The notes beneath the pieces were generated by a model. That model did not search any database and had not been told where the DNA came from. It saw nothing but the letters and a program-made list of their open reading frames with translations. The translations under genes were made by a program, and so were the position numbers. DNA of 61,439 nucleotides, filler included, from Hausera hauseri (taxonomy: Eukaryota), in NCBI GenBank assembly GCA_046269625.1. It is 10 parts of 10 records of this genome, joined end to end, with 100 filler letters (N's around TTAATTAATTAA, not from the genome) between each part and the next. Parts side by side here need not be neighbours in the genome. Positions count along the whole stretch, not along the records: positions 9,029 to 13,303 come from JBJURY010663219.1; positions 13,404 to 24,271 come from JBJURY010146645.1; 8 more parts are not named here. One strand, 5' to 3'. This document shows positions 10,776 to 23,957 of this stretch, one piece after another. The stretch's first letter is position 1; the number at the start of each line of letters is the position of its first letter.

Positions 10776-11363
10776 TTATGAGGAAACTAACATAAATATA
10801 CATCTGAGTTGACTATCAGTCACGCTCTTTTCCGAGGGTCCTTGATCAGTACCATCATTAGCACCAAATGTCGATTGTGTAAACGAACCAGACATTGTTT
10901 GATTCGATCCATCGAGAACACATATAACATCCACAATATGAGATTTGTTACATCCAACATCATTTAATCCATTAACAATTTGATCGTATATCATACAGTC
11001 TTCCATATTTCCCATATTATTTGGTTGATTTGAACCCCAAAAACGCATTTCCACAAATTTCGATCCATCGAAATTCATCCATCCCATTCTTGCCATATCT
11101 TTTTCAACAACTAGGTCAGAAATTCCGACACTGAAGTTTATTGTTTGCAATCCCAGATGTTGAATGTTGGACAAATCGGGTCCCATTGGTAAATATCCTC
11201 CGACTTTTTCACAATGCTGAGCAGAACTCGCAACTGATTCCATACTAATGAACCCTCTCAAATAATATGTTTTGTTGTGGGCTTTGAGAAATGATGGACC
11301 GCTAGAATGTATGAAAGAGCAACAGAATGACATGACTATAATTATTGAACAGCAGAAGGCCAT
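10776..11363 (-). CDS. C-type lectin domain protein
   Basis: Signal peptide, then AQHCEKVGGYL, VGISD, FWGSNQPNN..EDC, LNDVGC and VIC, the standard CTLD pattern. Confidence 0.88.
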   Translation of the reverse strand: MAFCCSIIIVMSFCCSFIHSSGPSFLKAHNKTYYLRGFISMESVASSAQHCEKVGGYLPMGPDLSNIQHLGLQTINFSVGISDLVVEKDMARMGWMNFDGSKFVEMRFWGSNQPNNMGNMEDCMIYDQIVNGLNDVGCNKSHIVDVICVLDGSNQTMSGSFTQSTFGANDGTDQGPSEKSVTDSQLRCIFMLVSS

Positions 11364-11859
11364 ATATATTTTTGTATGAATTATATTTTTAAAAAATTCA
11401 TTGCATTTTCATTTATAGTTATATTATTACGATTCTCATTCCATTGGTTCATAATTATACTTGGATAACGATTTGTCGATAAAAGATGAAATTGTGAGGA
11501 CAAGAAGAAAAGGTTAAACAAGACAATTACAGTGCTTCATGGCGGCCTTTGATTTATTAAATATGCAATTGAAGTAGTTAAAGTTGCTTGGTTCAAAATA
11601 TATTAACAAGGAACAGTACCTTACTGCTAGTCGGAGTTTTGCGGATTCAACTGGTTCAACAAGATTTACGATCAGTTTGCCCTGCAAAATCGGCGTATCG
11701 AAATCCGAAGTATCACTGGACATTTTATCGCACATTTCATCAAAAGTTGAATTTAGAGTTAAAGTTGAAATATAATTTATTATTTACAGATTTTCAAACA
11801 AATTTTCGTTTAAGAAAAATAAATAATAATTTTACTAATTATTTATTTTTGAGCAATTA

Positions 11860-13303
11860 CTTTCCCTTCTCCTTTGCGATTCTTGTTCACTCTTCAACCA
11901 TTCTACACTTCGAATTATTCTACCATCTTCCATATTTTTCAGCTCCCACTGATGTTGCGAAATTTGTCGAATTATTTGATACGGTCCTTCGAATTAATAT
12001 GTGTCTTTTCTTCTTTCTGAGGCTCTAGTTTTACTAAAACTTTCTGCTAATTTCAAAAATTCGTTTCCCTCTCTCCTACCCCTCGAAATTTTCCATTCGG
12101 TTAGCTGCTTCTGTAGTATGTCTCGTAATACTTTGTGCCAGTGTGCCGTTATCGATCTCTCTTGTAACTCCTCCAGCTGCGTGCAAGTTGATTTCCCGTT
12201 GTCCTCTGTACTGTGGCAGTTATCGAAAATTCAATTTTCGGTAGTGCACTTGTTACCAACATATCCTGAACTGTTCGGATGACCCTTTCTGCAAACCCGT
12301 TAGATTGATGTTGAAACGGACTGGTGAATATTTGTTTAATTCCGTATTTCTTGCAAAATTCTCCAAATTTGCCTCCTGAAAAACACTTACCGTTGTCAGT
12401 CAAGACTGATTTCGGTTTTCCGAATCTGTAAATCCATTTCACCAGCATGCACTCAATGATTGTTTCTTCCCTCTGCGTGCGTATTTCTGTTAGACTCACC
12501 AGCTTTGAAAACTGATCAACAATAACCAACATATATCGATACATACTATCTTTGTCTCCGACATACGCAATATCCATTACTAATTGGTCCAGAAAATTGT
12601 CACTCTTAATAGGAATGAACATTTCTCTTGTCTTTTTTGTTGGGATTTTCCGGTGTAAGCATTCTTCACATTTTCCAATAACATTTTCTGCTTCTTTTGA
12701 TAAACCCAAAACAGCGAAGTGATGTTGAATATATCATTTTGTCTTCTTCATACCCAGATAGCATAGATCCACATGTATCTTCGGGATGAAATCTTTCTAA
12801 ATATTATTTTGAATAATTGGTAGTCTGTAGTTCAGATTTTATATACCAAAAAACCGCCTGTCATTTCCAGTTTATCGGTCATACTGAGAATCTCTTTCTA
12901 GAGTTGTACCTTTTCCACCGTTGAGCCGTCAATCGACATTTTACTTGTTGTATTTCTGTACATTTTTCCTTTCGGCTTTTATCCATTGTAAGGTTGACCT
13001 GACCAATAATGAATTAATGTGCTTTACACACCCCTTTTTATGTTTTGGATCAGCATGTTTTGTTTGACACTGAGCACACATATCCTCATACAACTGCGAC
13101 AATCCTTGTGCATTTCCATGTTGTTCGCCCTTCCTATATTCTAGTATAAAATTAAAATCTGTCATATTTTCTAGCCACGTCTGGGATTGCGGTGTTATTG
13201 GCTTGGTAGCGGTCTTCATATATACCAACGCATTATAATTTGTTCTAGCCGTAAAGTGCTTACCATACAGATACTGATTAAAATGCAGCATAAACTGTTG
13301 CAA
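11860..13303 (-). pseudogene. Ty3/gypsy pol 3' part (RNase H end, integrase), degraded
   Basis: HFNQYLYGKHFTARTNY, LEYRKGEQHGNA, CEEC zinc finger, MDIAY..VDQFSK, LTDNGKCF, SNGFAERVIRT and a GPY motif near 11980. Confidence 0.9.
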
Positions 13304-13408
13304 NNNNNNNNNNNNNNNNNNNNNNNNNNNNNNNNNNNNNNNNNNNNTTAATTAATTAANNNNNNNNNNNNNNNNNNNNNNNNNNNNNNNNNNNNNNNNN
13401 NNNATTCA

Positions 13409-14440
13409 ATGAACATTACACCGTACAGTTACAGTAAAGATTTTATCAATTTGATTTCCGAGATCGAAAACAATACCTCCGGTACTGCTACCAATATCAT
13501 TCGTAAATTGCGTCAATTCGAAATAATGAACACTTCCGATTCCAGCGAAATTCTGACGTTGTTCATGAATCAGTTGGAAAGTGAAGTCCAAGTGAAAAAT
13601 GATGATATCAAAAATTTCTGCAATTTCAATTATCATGGACTTGTAGAGTCGATCCATGAATTGTCGGAGTTGAAAAGGAGTTTTGGCGAAGCTAAACAAC
13701 CGTTGACAAGTACTGTGCAGAACTTTACAAGTGTTATTCAATTTTTGAATGGTATTGATAAAGCCATCGAAAATCTTCAAATGTTCTTACCTTTGTTTGA
13801 TCAGTATTTAAAGACTGAAGAGTATTATGAAGCAGATTGCAGAGAAATCTGGGATGTCAATTATTACCGAAGGTCCTATTAAAAAGTTGCTCGATAGCAC
13901 GTCCATTAAAAAGCAAAAGACGCAATGAACTCCAAGTAAGTGAGTTATGTTACTAACGAACCAGATATTATCGAAAAAGAATTGAAAGATTTGATTTCTG
14001 TCGATTCACATCAAAGCGAAGATGATTTTTCAAGCAGCGATACGAGTATAATGAATGTTGAAGATTTGGTGCAATTCGGTCCCGTGTATCGATGTTTACA
14101 CATTCATACTTTCCTTGGTGATAGGCACGAGTTTGAGAAGTGCTACAGATCACAGAGAAAAAGACAGTACTTTACTTCTGACTCTTACCAAACAGGATAC
14201 CTATCAAAATTATTTTGATTTCCTCAGTATCAAATGTCTATTGTAACTCGAAACTATCTAGACGAACTTTGGTAGCATACTGTTACTCGAGTTAATGATT
14301 TTGTGACCGAGAACACCGAAAAGATTATGGACATCGATACATTGCTAGAATTAAAAAACAATTGTTTACTTTTGCCAGGACAATGGGATTAGTTGGTTTT
14401 AATGTTGCCGGATTTACCGACCTTTTTTATGGCATTATGA
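13409..14440 (+). pseudogene. EXOC6: Exocyst component 6 (Sec15) N-terminal part, disrupted
   Basis: DIKNFCNFNYHGLVESIHEL and VEDLVQFGPVYRCLHIHTFLGDRHEFEKCYRSQRKRQ match conserved Sec15 blocks. Frame breaks and apparent deletions lie between them. Confidence 0.8.
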
Positions 14441-14964
14441 AGTGTAAAATTTTTTTGTTTAAATACAGCACAATTTTGCTATTTCAATTCGAATTTTATT
14501 ACGCCATATTTTTTTAAAGAATTTGCTCTTCAATTTCGATTTGTACAATTTTGATATTGAATCTGTTTATATATGAGTCGATTTAGAAATTCTTTATGGA
14601 ATGATATTTTAATTGTTGATCGGATTTCATGTTACATCCATTTATTACATGTCAATTTGCACGATAACGAAAATTTCGGATTATTCATTTGGCTATCCAA
14701 CTCAGCCTGACTCAATATTTTTAATTATCGAATTAAAAATCGAAGGAAAATTTCTGCCCGCTGCAAGTTTGATCGGCAATATGTTATGCGCATTCGATTT
14801 GCCTTTTGTCGAAAAACGAACCAAACAAGGTCTTGATTTTGTTCGTTCAATTAACATAATATCTAACAACCGTAGCCGTGCTTGTTTTAATTTTAAGCCT
14901 GGATAGTACATCGGCATCAACATGTTTGCTTCCGGGTTTGTATTGAAATTCAATATTATACCGT

Positions 14965-16990
14965 GAGATCTCTTCGATTCATCTGTTGAGTCTACATGTT
15001 TGATTATTTGCCCTACACTTCAAGGTTGTGACTGCTTGATGATCCGTAACAATTATAATTTTCTGTCCGTAGACGTATATGTTAAAGTGTCGCAGAGAGT
15101 CTTTTACAGCTAATGTTTCTAATCCGTGACCGAGTAATTATTCTCGGCCTTCTTTAGTGACGTCCTCCGTATGCGATTGGATGTCCTAGTTCTTCATCCT
15201 CTCGTTTCTGAGCTAACTCATATCCAATGCCTTTTTTACTCACATCCACTTTAATTATAATTGGTAGGTTAAAATCAGGATATCTTAAAAGGGGTTCGCT
15301 AGTTAAGATTTTCTTCATTTCGTCGAAAGCTTTTTGTTCAACATCCGTCCATTTCCACTTAATTCCTTTTTTAAGTAAGCGATACAAAGATGAATTTATC
15401 CTTAAATTATCTGGTACATAAGTTGTGTAATAACCACGAAAACCTAACCAATATCTCAACTCCTTTTGGTTCTGGAGTTCCATACATTCCGATATCTTAC
15501 TTAATAATGATTTATCGGGTTTCGATCCTCCTTCTCCAACTATATGTCCAAGATAAGATACAGCGTTTTGAGCCCATTTACATTTCTTGGGATTTAATTT
15601 CAATCCAGCTTGCTCCACTCTCATGAGCCTGTCTTCAATATCTTTTAAATGATCTTTGTCTGTCTTCGATGCAGTCATTACGTCGTCCAGATACGCAAAG
15701 GCGTGTTCCAGTCCCATTAAAATCTTGTTCATCATTCGGGTAAAATGGAGGGTCCAGTAATTATCCCGAATGGTATGACATTAAATTCGTATACACCGTC
15801 GTGTGTTTTAAACGCAGTTTTGTAGCGATCTTCTATTTCTACTTGCCAATATCCGGATTGCAGATCGAGCGTGGTAAACCATTTATCTCCGGAAAGTCTA
15901 TTTAGGGTTTCTTTTACTGATGGCAGTGGGAAAGAATCTTTCATCATAAGTGTGTTTAATGCTTGGTAATCGATACAAAATCGGTGCTTTGTAGTACTTT
16001 TCTTCTTAACCATGAGTATGGGTGAGTACCAAGATCTATAGCCCGGTCTAATTATGTCGGCCCTTAACATTCATTCGACTTCCTTAGTTATCTCAGGCCT
16101 TATTGAGTGCGTAGGAGGATATCATTTCGGCATCTTTAGATCCTCTAAGTCTATTTCATCATTAAAGCCAGTGTTTTTCTTGAGTGGAATTGTGAGTCTC
16201 AAAGCTTTAGCTCTGCCAATGTCTTCTTCGTCTCTCGTGATGACTGAGTCGTAAGGACAAAGTAATTCATAACATCGACATTATGCTTCAGGTGAAAATT
16301 TAGTTTCAATGTGAGGTTGGAATTCGGCACATTTGTAAGGTTTTTCTCAACTGTTATTGACGATACTCTATATGTATGTCCCAAAGTGGTATTGGAATAC
16401 AGTTTGATCGGAGTTGGTGCATTACTAGCTATCCTAATGGGCAGACGGCCCATCGATACTCTTGTTAATACATTATCGAGTACGATGCTTGGATTTAACG
16501 ATTCCTTTGGTTAAAATGCACTGGTTTGGCATCGGCTTGACGTATCTGAGCATATATTAATACCTCGGTTCTCGGTGGGATTTTCTCGTCCACCGGAATC
16601 TATACTTCTCCGAATTGCCTATCGTTGATGGTTTTAACCCCTTTTATCGGACCGAGCTCTATTTATTTCCCTTCATGAAAGTCTATTGCTATATTAGGTA
16701 ATTGTCTCAACAGATCGCATCCTTAGACTACATCATCTGTTAATTGTTCCATTACTGAAAATTCGTGATGAAATGATTGTTTCATTATGCGAATTTCTGG
16801 CTTTCATCGGAATTTGCTTTTCGACGACTGCCCAAAAGCCCCGATGCTTCCTGGGTCTGTTGTTGAAGGTGTATATAATTATTTTCGTAAGAACTACAGT
16901 ATTGAGTCATGTTTCATCAGTGATATCTCGGATCCTGTGCCTATCAATGCGTAAACTTCCCAGTCTTCTAACTAAATTTTCGCGAAGGGT
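14965..16990 (-). pseudogene. Ty3/gypsy pol: protease, RT, RNase H, degraded
   Basis: Protease ALI[G]TGSEISLM at 16933-16941. RT SPILMVKKK..RFCIDY..LDLQSGYWQV..KTAF..PFG and AYLDDV. RNase H VDVSKKGIG..PIAYGGR and NYSVT..VTDHQA. Confidence 0.92.
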
Positions 16991-17571
16991 CTACCTTCGA
17001 TTATCGTACCATAGTAATTTGGCGTTAACTTTGGATACTGAACCGTTGAAACCTTACAGCCGTTATTTCTAACTTCTGTGGTTGCAACTGGCTGGTCGAT
17101 TAACTGTCTTAATGCACCATTTGGGTACAGTTCATTGTTCGTGCAACTGACGTTTTCCGTTTCCTGATTTATAACTGGCGGTTGTATTTCTTGGTTCCTG
17201 AAATTCTGCATCTCATAGTCTCTTGAGAATGTTGATCGTATTTCGTTCGGTCTGGGTACTCTAGGTGAATAAACTATTCCATAGTCATTGACTGCTGGGC
17301 GACGATATGGGGCAGACGTTCTTATCGTTTAGCGTACCTTGCGCAATATTCCGTAGTGTTTTGTTTCCTCATAGGGATCCTCAAGGCTGAATGGTTTTCT
17401 ATAGATATCTGTTTGGTATGAACTCATAGATTGTTTCTCTCAATGTTCATATATAGGTGCATTTGGCAGTAATATTGGTAATGGTGGTTTCATAATGGAA
17501 TAGTTTTTGTATCTATTTATCTTCGAGACGCCGTCTCCTCCCTTAGGCTCGTCATCGTCAGATTTATTTCG

Positions 17572-19557
17572 TCATGTCTTAATATTCACAAATTTGCGTT
17601 TGTAATTGAATATGCGTCTCCTTTTACATTTTCGATTATGATAGCCAACATGTCGTTCCATATACTCTTTCCATCTACTTTCTTCGTAAGCTTTTAAGAA
17701 TTTGCCGAATGGTGTGATAACAGCCGTTAAGATTTTGCATGAGAATCCGGTCAAAGCGAATATCTCATCCATTTATAATCGCTTGATTTATCGCTTTAAC
17801 CAGTTGAATTAAGAAATAGATTGCTAAAAATCCGGATGCGGCTTGTTCGAATATCAGAAGTCTTTCCAAGATTTTATACAGTATTTCTGTCGTCACTCTA
17901 TGATAGTAGTTGATACCAAGGAACGATTCCCATTTCGCTTGATAACGTGAGTCTTCTAGTGTTGTGTGCATTGCTCTGTTTAATTCATGTGTGCGTTGGT
18001 GTGGAAAAGAAAGAAATTGTCTAAATGCCTCTACTTCTTTTGGCCGGTAAATACCCTTTTCTGCAGTGTCTTGAAACTTATCATCGGTTATTTCCTTTAT
18101 TAAATTCGTTCCCGTTAGCTTGGTGGGTGGCGTGATTATACCACCGTTTGGTAAACTTACCCAATCTGTTTCACTACGTCTAAACATAGGTTGTTCTAGA
18201 CTGGTCTTACAATCCTTTAGAATCTTTGGTTGGGTGGAGTTTGCCAGTAACGCGCTAGTAACTGGTGTCACTAATCTCGATATGTCCTGGTATATTACCG
18301 GAAGTTCTTGAGTGCACCTCTTCTCTTCCACGTTGGTAGGTGCATCCATCTTTGTACATTCATCTTCGCATTCGTAGGTCACTAAAACTTCTCCGGTCAC
18401 TCGTCTAAAAACGCCTTCTTTCACCGGAATTATTGATGATGTTAGCTCGGGATTGGCATATATTAAAGCCAGTTTAGTTCTCATGACTTCTAATTCTAGT
18501 TTGCAGTCGTTCGTTATAATTTTATGGTATAACTCAGCAATTCCAGCCTGTCCATTGTTGTAGAAATAATCGTCTCTATTTTTAAAATAATCTTCAATTC
18601 GAATATCTTGAGTCTCAAACTTGAACGTTCTGGTATTTATCTCTGTTTCAGCTACAAAGAATGCTTTATAATTAATGGCGTACATTACTACATCACACCT
18701 TGTGAGTACATCTTTCTTCACAAACTTTAACCCGTGAGTATCGGAAATTAATATGGTAGGTGTAGGCTGTTCCGCTACATCCTCTCGCGTTTTTGAGTTT
18801 GTATCCGTATTACTTACGTAGCGTTTTCCTGTCGTTTCGTTAAACTTAAGTTCTTTAATTTTAATAAAATTGCAATCGGTCTTGACTGGAGGTTCCAAAA
18901 TTACTACTGAACTTCTAAAAACACAAGTTACATGTTGGATGTGGCACTTTTGGTTTTCATTATAGAGATTAGTAACGCTATGAAACATGACCTTTTGTGT
19001 GCGCATCTCGGTTTCTTAGAAATCCACAACCACTATGTTTGAAGCCAATCCATTTCCAGTATCGTATTCTGCACCGTTACAGTGACTTGTATGCATATCT
19101 AATCTTCCTGCTGCTACTTTGTATACTCTGTGTATTTTCCCTTGCTGCATTTTCAGCTCCATACCGTCCCACGTCAGCCTGCCTGTCTCTCTAGTCTGCT
19201 TACAACGCTGGCGTTCTAAGTTCATTGGTCATCGGCTTGGTTATAGACAAATGTCCGTGTATTAATCCACAATGGAAAACACTGCGAGATCGTCGTAACA
19301 TGCATTCTATTCCATCCAATGAAACTAACTCTCGTTGCTAATGCAGTACATATCTTTTTTCTTTTGTTTCTAATTTGTGGCCTCGCATCTTCGCACATTT
19401 CCAAATCCATCAATGAATATCTTTGGCCAAGTCTGAATTTGTCACAATCACATATTGTAACCGCTCCAATTTGCCTTATTAACATCATCATGGTCAGGAA
19501 ATTGAGTAGCCAGTTGGGCTCATTTCCCCGATTATTCCAAGTTAAATTTCGTAACAT
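17572..19557 (-). pseudogene. Chuvirus-like (class III, gB-type) envelope glycoprotein with frameshifts and stops
   Basis: Signal peptide then ICDC..YSL..C; ELYHKIITNDC; GEVLVTYEC; CTQELPV..VTPVT; GIY..EVEAFRQFLSFP; TM ASGFLAIYFLIQLVK. Motif order follows chuvirus-type G as I recall it. Confidence 0.8.
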
Positions 19558-20862
19558 AATTTCGAATCTACTAATACTAAAGACAGGATATTAATCCGAT
19601 ATAATCACAAATGGTAGCTGAATGCATGACAATCAATTCATCCAACGACAAATCCAGAATTCAAAAAATGGAATCAAAATAAAGTTCTGAAATTTCAAGG
19701 CGTAGCAAATTTGAATCAAAACGGTAGATGTAAAAATGTAAATGAATAGAAAACTCTGAAGCAATATCAATAAAATCAATTCAAAATGTCGCCAAGAAAA
19801 ATTTTTATTTTTATATACTGCACAAACTTCTATACGATTATGTGCACATTTATTCACAAAAATCAAATAATATAAAATTGCCATTGAAAAATTTCGGAGA
19901 TATTTGATTTATTTAAACATAAAATCATGTTTATTAAATATACAGAAGAACGCAGTATTGGCAGTATTTACAGATTTCCATAAACACGGTAAAATATGAT
20001 TGTATAAAATAATTGCAACATTTCTTAACAATAAACCACAACGGTATAATATCTGGAGATAGACTAGATCCACCAGAACTCCTCTGCGACGATCGTCTTT
20101 CTTCAGAACGAGAGCGACTTTCATTTTTAGATTTGCTTTTTGATCGACTTTTGGCTGAATCGGACCTATGTTCGTTTTTAATCACTGGAGAGTTAGACAC
20201 ATTCTTTTCAAATGAATTTGACCGCTCTTTGTTCGATCAAGATCTGCGATAATTCGTGTCACCCTTATGAACTTTTTCAAAAATTTGCCACTTTATTTCC
20301 ACGGGGTTTCGCTGATTGCAAAATCCACTAAAATCGTGGGAATGTCATTCAACTTTTGCACAGTATCGGAAACAATCTGCAAACCATTTCGAAGATAGTA
20401 GATCGGAAAGATTATGCGTAGAACTTTCAGCGGATAAAACTGCAGATTTTCGGACATTTTAGCTGGATTTGGATATTGGTACAACCTTAAAAGGAGATTT
20501 AAATTTGTTGGATCTGCACTTTAAGGGAGACGATTTGCTATTCGTGTTTGGCTCTTTGTTTGAAGGATAACTTGCTTTTTGTTTCGACTGACTGTTTTTG
20601 AAAACTGATAAGTTTGTTGGCAATGTTTTTGACAATTTCGCTTTTCCATTAACTTGCCTATACAGATGAGATGTTAAACTTACATCTGAATTATAGATGA
20701 TGATGAATGACACAGCTTTTCAAACAAGGAAAAGTAACATTTTTTGACTGACTTAATGACATCATATGAAACTACGGTTGGTAGCAATTTAAGAGAAGGT
20801 TCTTGAGTTTGAACGTTATTGGCCACAAGAGCACGATTCATGATCGGCAAAATGTGATTTGT

Positions 20863-20979
20863 TGAAGTTTTCGAGGCAAAAGATCGGTGCCCCGCCTATG
20901 GGCCCGACGCAGCGGCAATGGAGGCCCGGTCGTATCCAACCAAATGGGCCAAAGGGCACCGGCCGCCGTAGTCACTACA
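20863..20979 (-). mobile_element. GC-rich dispersed repeat, probable LTR 5' end (copy 1)
   Basis: Colinear similarity to 59370-59484; begins TGTAGTG on the minus strand. Confidence 0.6.
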
Positions 20980-20989
20980 CGGGATCGTT

Positions 20990-22700
20990 TTGAAGTTCTT
21001 TTTCAAATATTTGGACCAGTTTACTTCTTGAGGTAACTTCCTGGCGGCTTTCCGCGCTAGACTACTGTCTGTTAAATTCCTTTTATCGAGCTGGATTTAT
21101 TTTAATGGCCAAATATAGTAGCACTTTTCCTAACTCTTATATGGTGTTCTCTACCATAATTCCCTCTATCACCCTTTCATCGCTGAAGGTGCTTTTCGAT
21201 AGTTTACAGCTGAAGTTTTTCGTTGTTCTGGCTGCATTAAATATAGATTTCTCTTTTCCGTCTAATATTTCGTCACACAGACTTGAGTGGTTTACTATGC
21301 GTATTAAATTTTTCATAAGTTAATTCAGCTTTTCGTCTTCTGTACTAAAGGTTGGTATAAACATTTGTCTCAATTCTTTAATTAAATCTCCATTAATATC
21401 AGTCTCTTCTTGTGTTTTGCGCGGTCTACCGACAGGGCGCTTCTGTTTCTCTATAACTAGTACGGTCTCGTTGGATGGTACTAAATTCTTATTATATTAT
21501 TCTTTCTCTTCGTCCATTTGCAAGTATTCGAAGTACATTGCTGCATCTCGAACTCCCACGATTCGTCCTACACACTGACAGGATTTAGCTTTCCTTGTGG
21601 TCTCTTCTTTTGTTTCCTCCATGGCGACCGTTACTACTATTCGATTCGTTTCACCTGGGATAATTTCGACGTCTACTAATTGGTCTAGTTCGTCCAATAT
21701 TCTACCTCTAAAGTAAAGTCTATAGTTCAGCTTGCTTGCGTAACCATTACCCATTAGTCCCTGTACCACGTCTCTTACAGAGGAGTGCGTAGTAAATTCG
21801 CATTCTTTCTCGTCCATCCTCTCCGACGATATCTTTACCTTAATCGACTCTTCGGGTCTAGCCCTTAAGATTTTAGCATACTCTTTTAATAAAAGCTTTT
21901 GCGCTGCACTATAGATTGTAATCTCGCTAGATAGTTTAGTAAGAGTGGGTACTAAGTGTCTCAACTGATTTTGAGTAAAGTTTACATTAATTAACTTAAT
22001 TAAATCTTTTTCAGTTTTCGCTGAATCTAGAAGCATTTCCACACTGAATCTCCGATACGGCGGACATGTCTCCGTTTGGTACAAATGTACGGGGGTTTTC
22101 GGATTCTCTGCAATAATTGCGTCTAAATATGCGTCCCATTCTGGATCGTTTTCATTGTATGGTGGTCTGTAATCAACTATTAATATGTCTACTTGTTAAG
22201 CCGAATTCTCATCCAGTGCTGATTCTCTTAGATCGCGTAATTATCGTTGCATTTTATCCATTTATATCGTTAGAAAACATCGTCCATTTCCGGAACGTTT
22301 GATGCAACAGTGTTAACAACTGACATAATTCTTCAACCTGGGTCAATCCTTTGTCTTTATAATTACTGAGTTCAGAGACTACGTTCCTTTGCCATCTTTG
22401 CACAAAATGTGACTTGTCGGCTTTTTCCGAGTCTGTGAGAGCATACTTAACTTTATAAATTTCGAGTTCTTTAGCTAGCTCGTCTAATCTTATCGCTCTC
22501 TGTTCTGTTTTAGTACAAGTTTCTTCGACTTGCCGTATCGGGGACATTAATTGTCTTATCTTCTTATTACTAATTTCTGCCATTTCCACCATTAGTAGTG
22601 CTAATTCATGCATCTCATTAATTTTTGAGTCTGGATCTATAGAATCGAGCAACCTCTTTATAAACTTGTGTTCTTCAAAGCTGAGGTGGTGGTCATTTCT
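20990..22700 (-). pseudogene. Disrupted ORF with coiled-coil, ubiquitin-like domain and AT-hook
   Basis: Helical segment at 22254-22652. IKVKI..SVRDVV..YRLYFRGRILDELDQLVDVEIIPGETNRIVV within 21497-22084. KRPVGRPRK near 21420-21445, in frame past a stop. Confidence 0.6.
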
Positions 22701-22859
22701 TATTTTGGTCAGATCAGCATAACACCTTTGATCCTTCCTGATCAGCCTCTCGGGGTTTGTGTAGGAATTCTACTGCTTCTTTTATAGCTGATCGATGTTC
22801 CGGACAAAAGTCCAAGATTTCAAGATCCCAAATTGTGATCTGTTCAATAAGTTTAGCTG

Positions 22860-23591
22860 TCAAATGTTGGATTCCTTCTAAGCGAATGTAGCGTTATTGA
22901 GCTAGATATTAATTGATATCGATCGCAGTAAGACAGAATAAACAGTTGTTGATAGTTATCGAGAGAATAAACAGTTGTATAGAAATTATAGATATTAATG
23001 TGCGGCAGAATGTAATGAATGTGTAAATTTAACTCTTGTAAATAGCGATAATGGTATTTTATCGTATTTAATTTGCAATAAAACAGCTGGTTATCCGAAA
23101 TTGTATTAAAGCAACCAGTATATAAACAGATGCTTAAACAAGGTAAAGGGACAAGTATTTTTGCGACTTAGGAGCGCAGCCAAGAAGCACCGAATCTTCA
23201 ATATTCTAATTTGGTAAAAGAGACTAATTCGGTAAAAGAGACTTTCGTATCATTGACGTGATTTGTGATATTGAATTCGGATGTAATAAAGGTTACTTTA
23301 ATTTGTTGATTTTTTAAAATCCATATAGATTTCCATCGTCCCTTAAGGACGATTTGTACGACCCTAAGGCTAAAACAATACTAAAAATCATATAGCTAAG
23401 ACTAGAAACTGTTAACCGAAAAGCATACACCGCATACAGTACCCGCAAGACAGATAAAATCTCTTTAAATTTTATTAATGCACAAGCAGATTACTCGAGA
23501 ACGAGTAATCCTAACCTGCTTGAAGAGCGATTCTAAATTGAAGTAAATATTGTTATAGTGGGAGAAGGTAAGAGCCACCCTAACTGTAACA
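22860..23591 (+). mobile_element. 5' LTR of a Ty3/gypsy element (left boundary uncertain)
   Basis: Ends TGTAACA directly before a PBS. Contains TATATAAA near 23119 and AATAAA at 23285. Confidence 0.6.
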
Positions 23592-23595
23592 TATT

Positions 23596-23613
23596 TGGCG
23601 ACCCTAGCAGGAC
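23596..23613 (+). promoter_or_regulatory. Primer binding site, probably tRNA-Arg
   Basis: TGGCGACCCTAGCAGGAC follows the LTR CA end after a 4-nt spacer and is complementary to a tRNA 3' end ...GGGUCGCCA. Confidence 0.75.
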
Positions 23614-23957
23614 AGTTTGTGCCTCGCTAGACTTTACTGTTGAGAAACCAAGTAACGACATACCGGCGAATAGCGCCAATTACATCAAGTAATCGATATT
23701 GTAAGAAGTAAGAATTAAAATTTGGGCTTATAAGTTGTTAGAGGGAAATAAATTAAATCAAACTGAAAGCAAATATTGACAGAGTTAATTCTCATCAAAA
23801 CCTATTAGTGAACGGTAGTCAAAGAGAAACTCGTAACAAGCTTTATACTGAAAACAAAATAATAGATAAAAACTATCTGTCCGATACCGAATTAAATACA
23901 GTTAAAGAATTTAAAGTTCCTCATAAAACTAAGATAGATAAATTGAATAAAACCAGA

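Noticed and set aside
19633-20860. Ser/Arg-rich ORF fragments
   Set aside because: Low complexity and fragmented; probably host-gene debris that I cannot assign.
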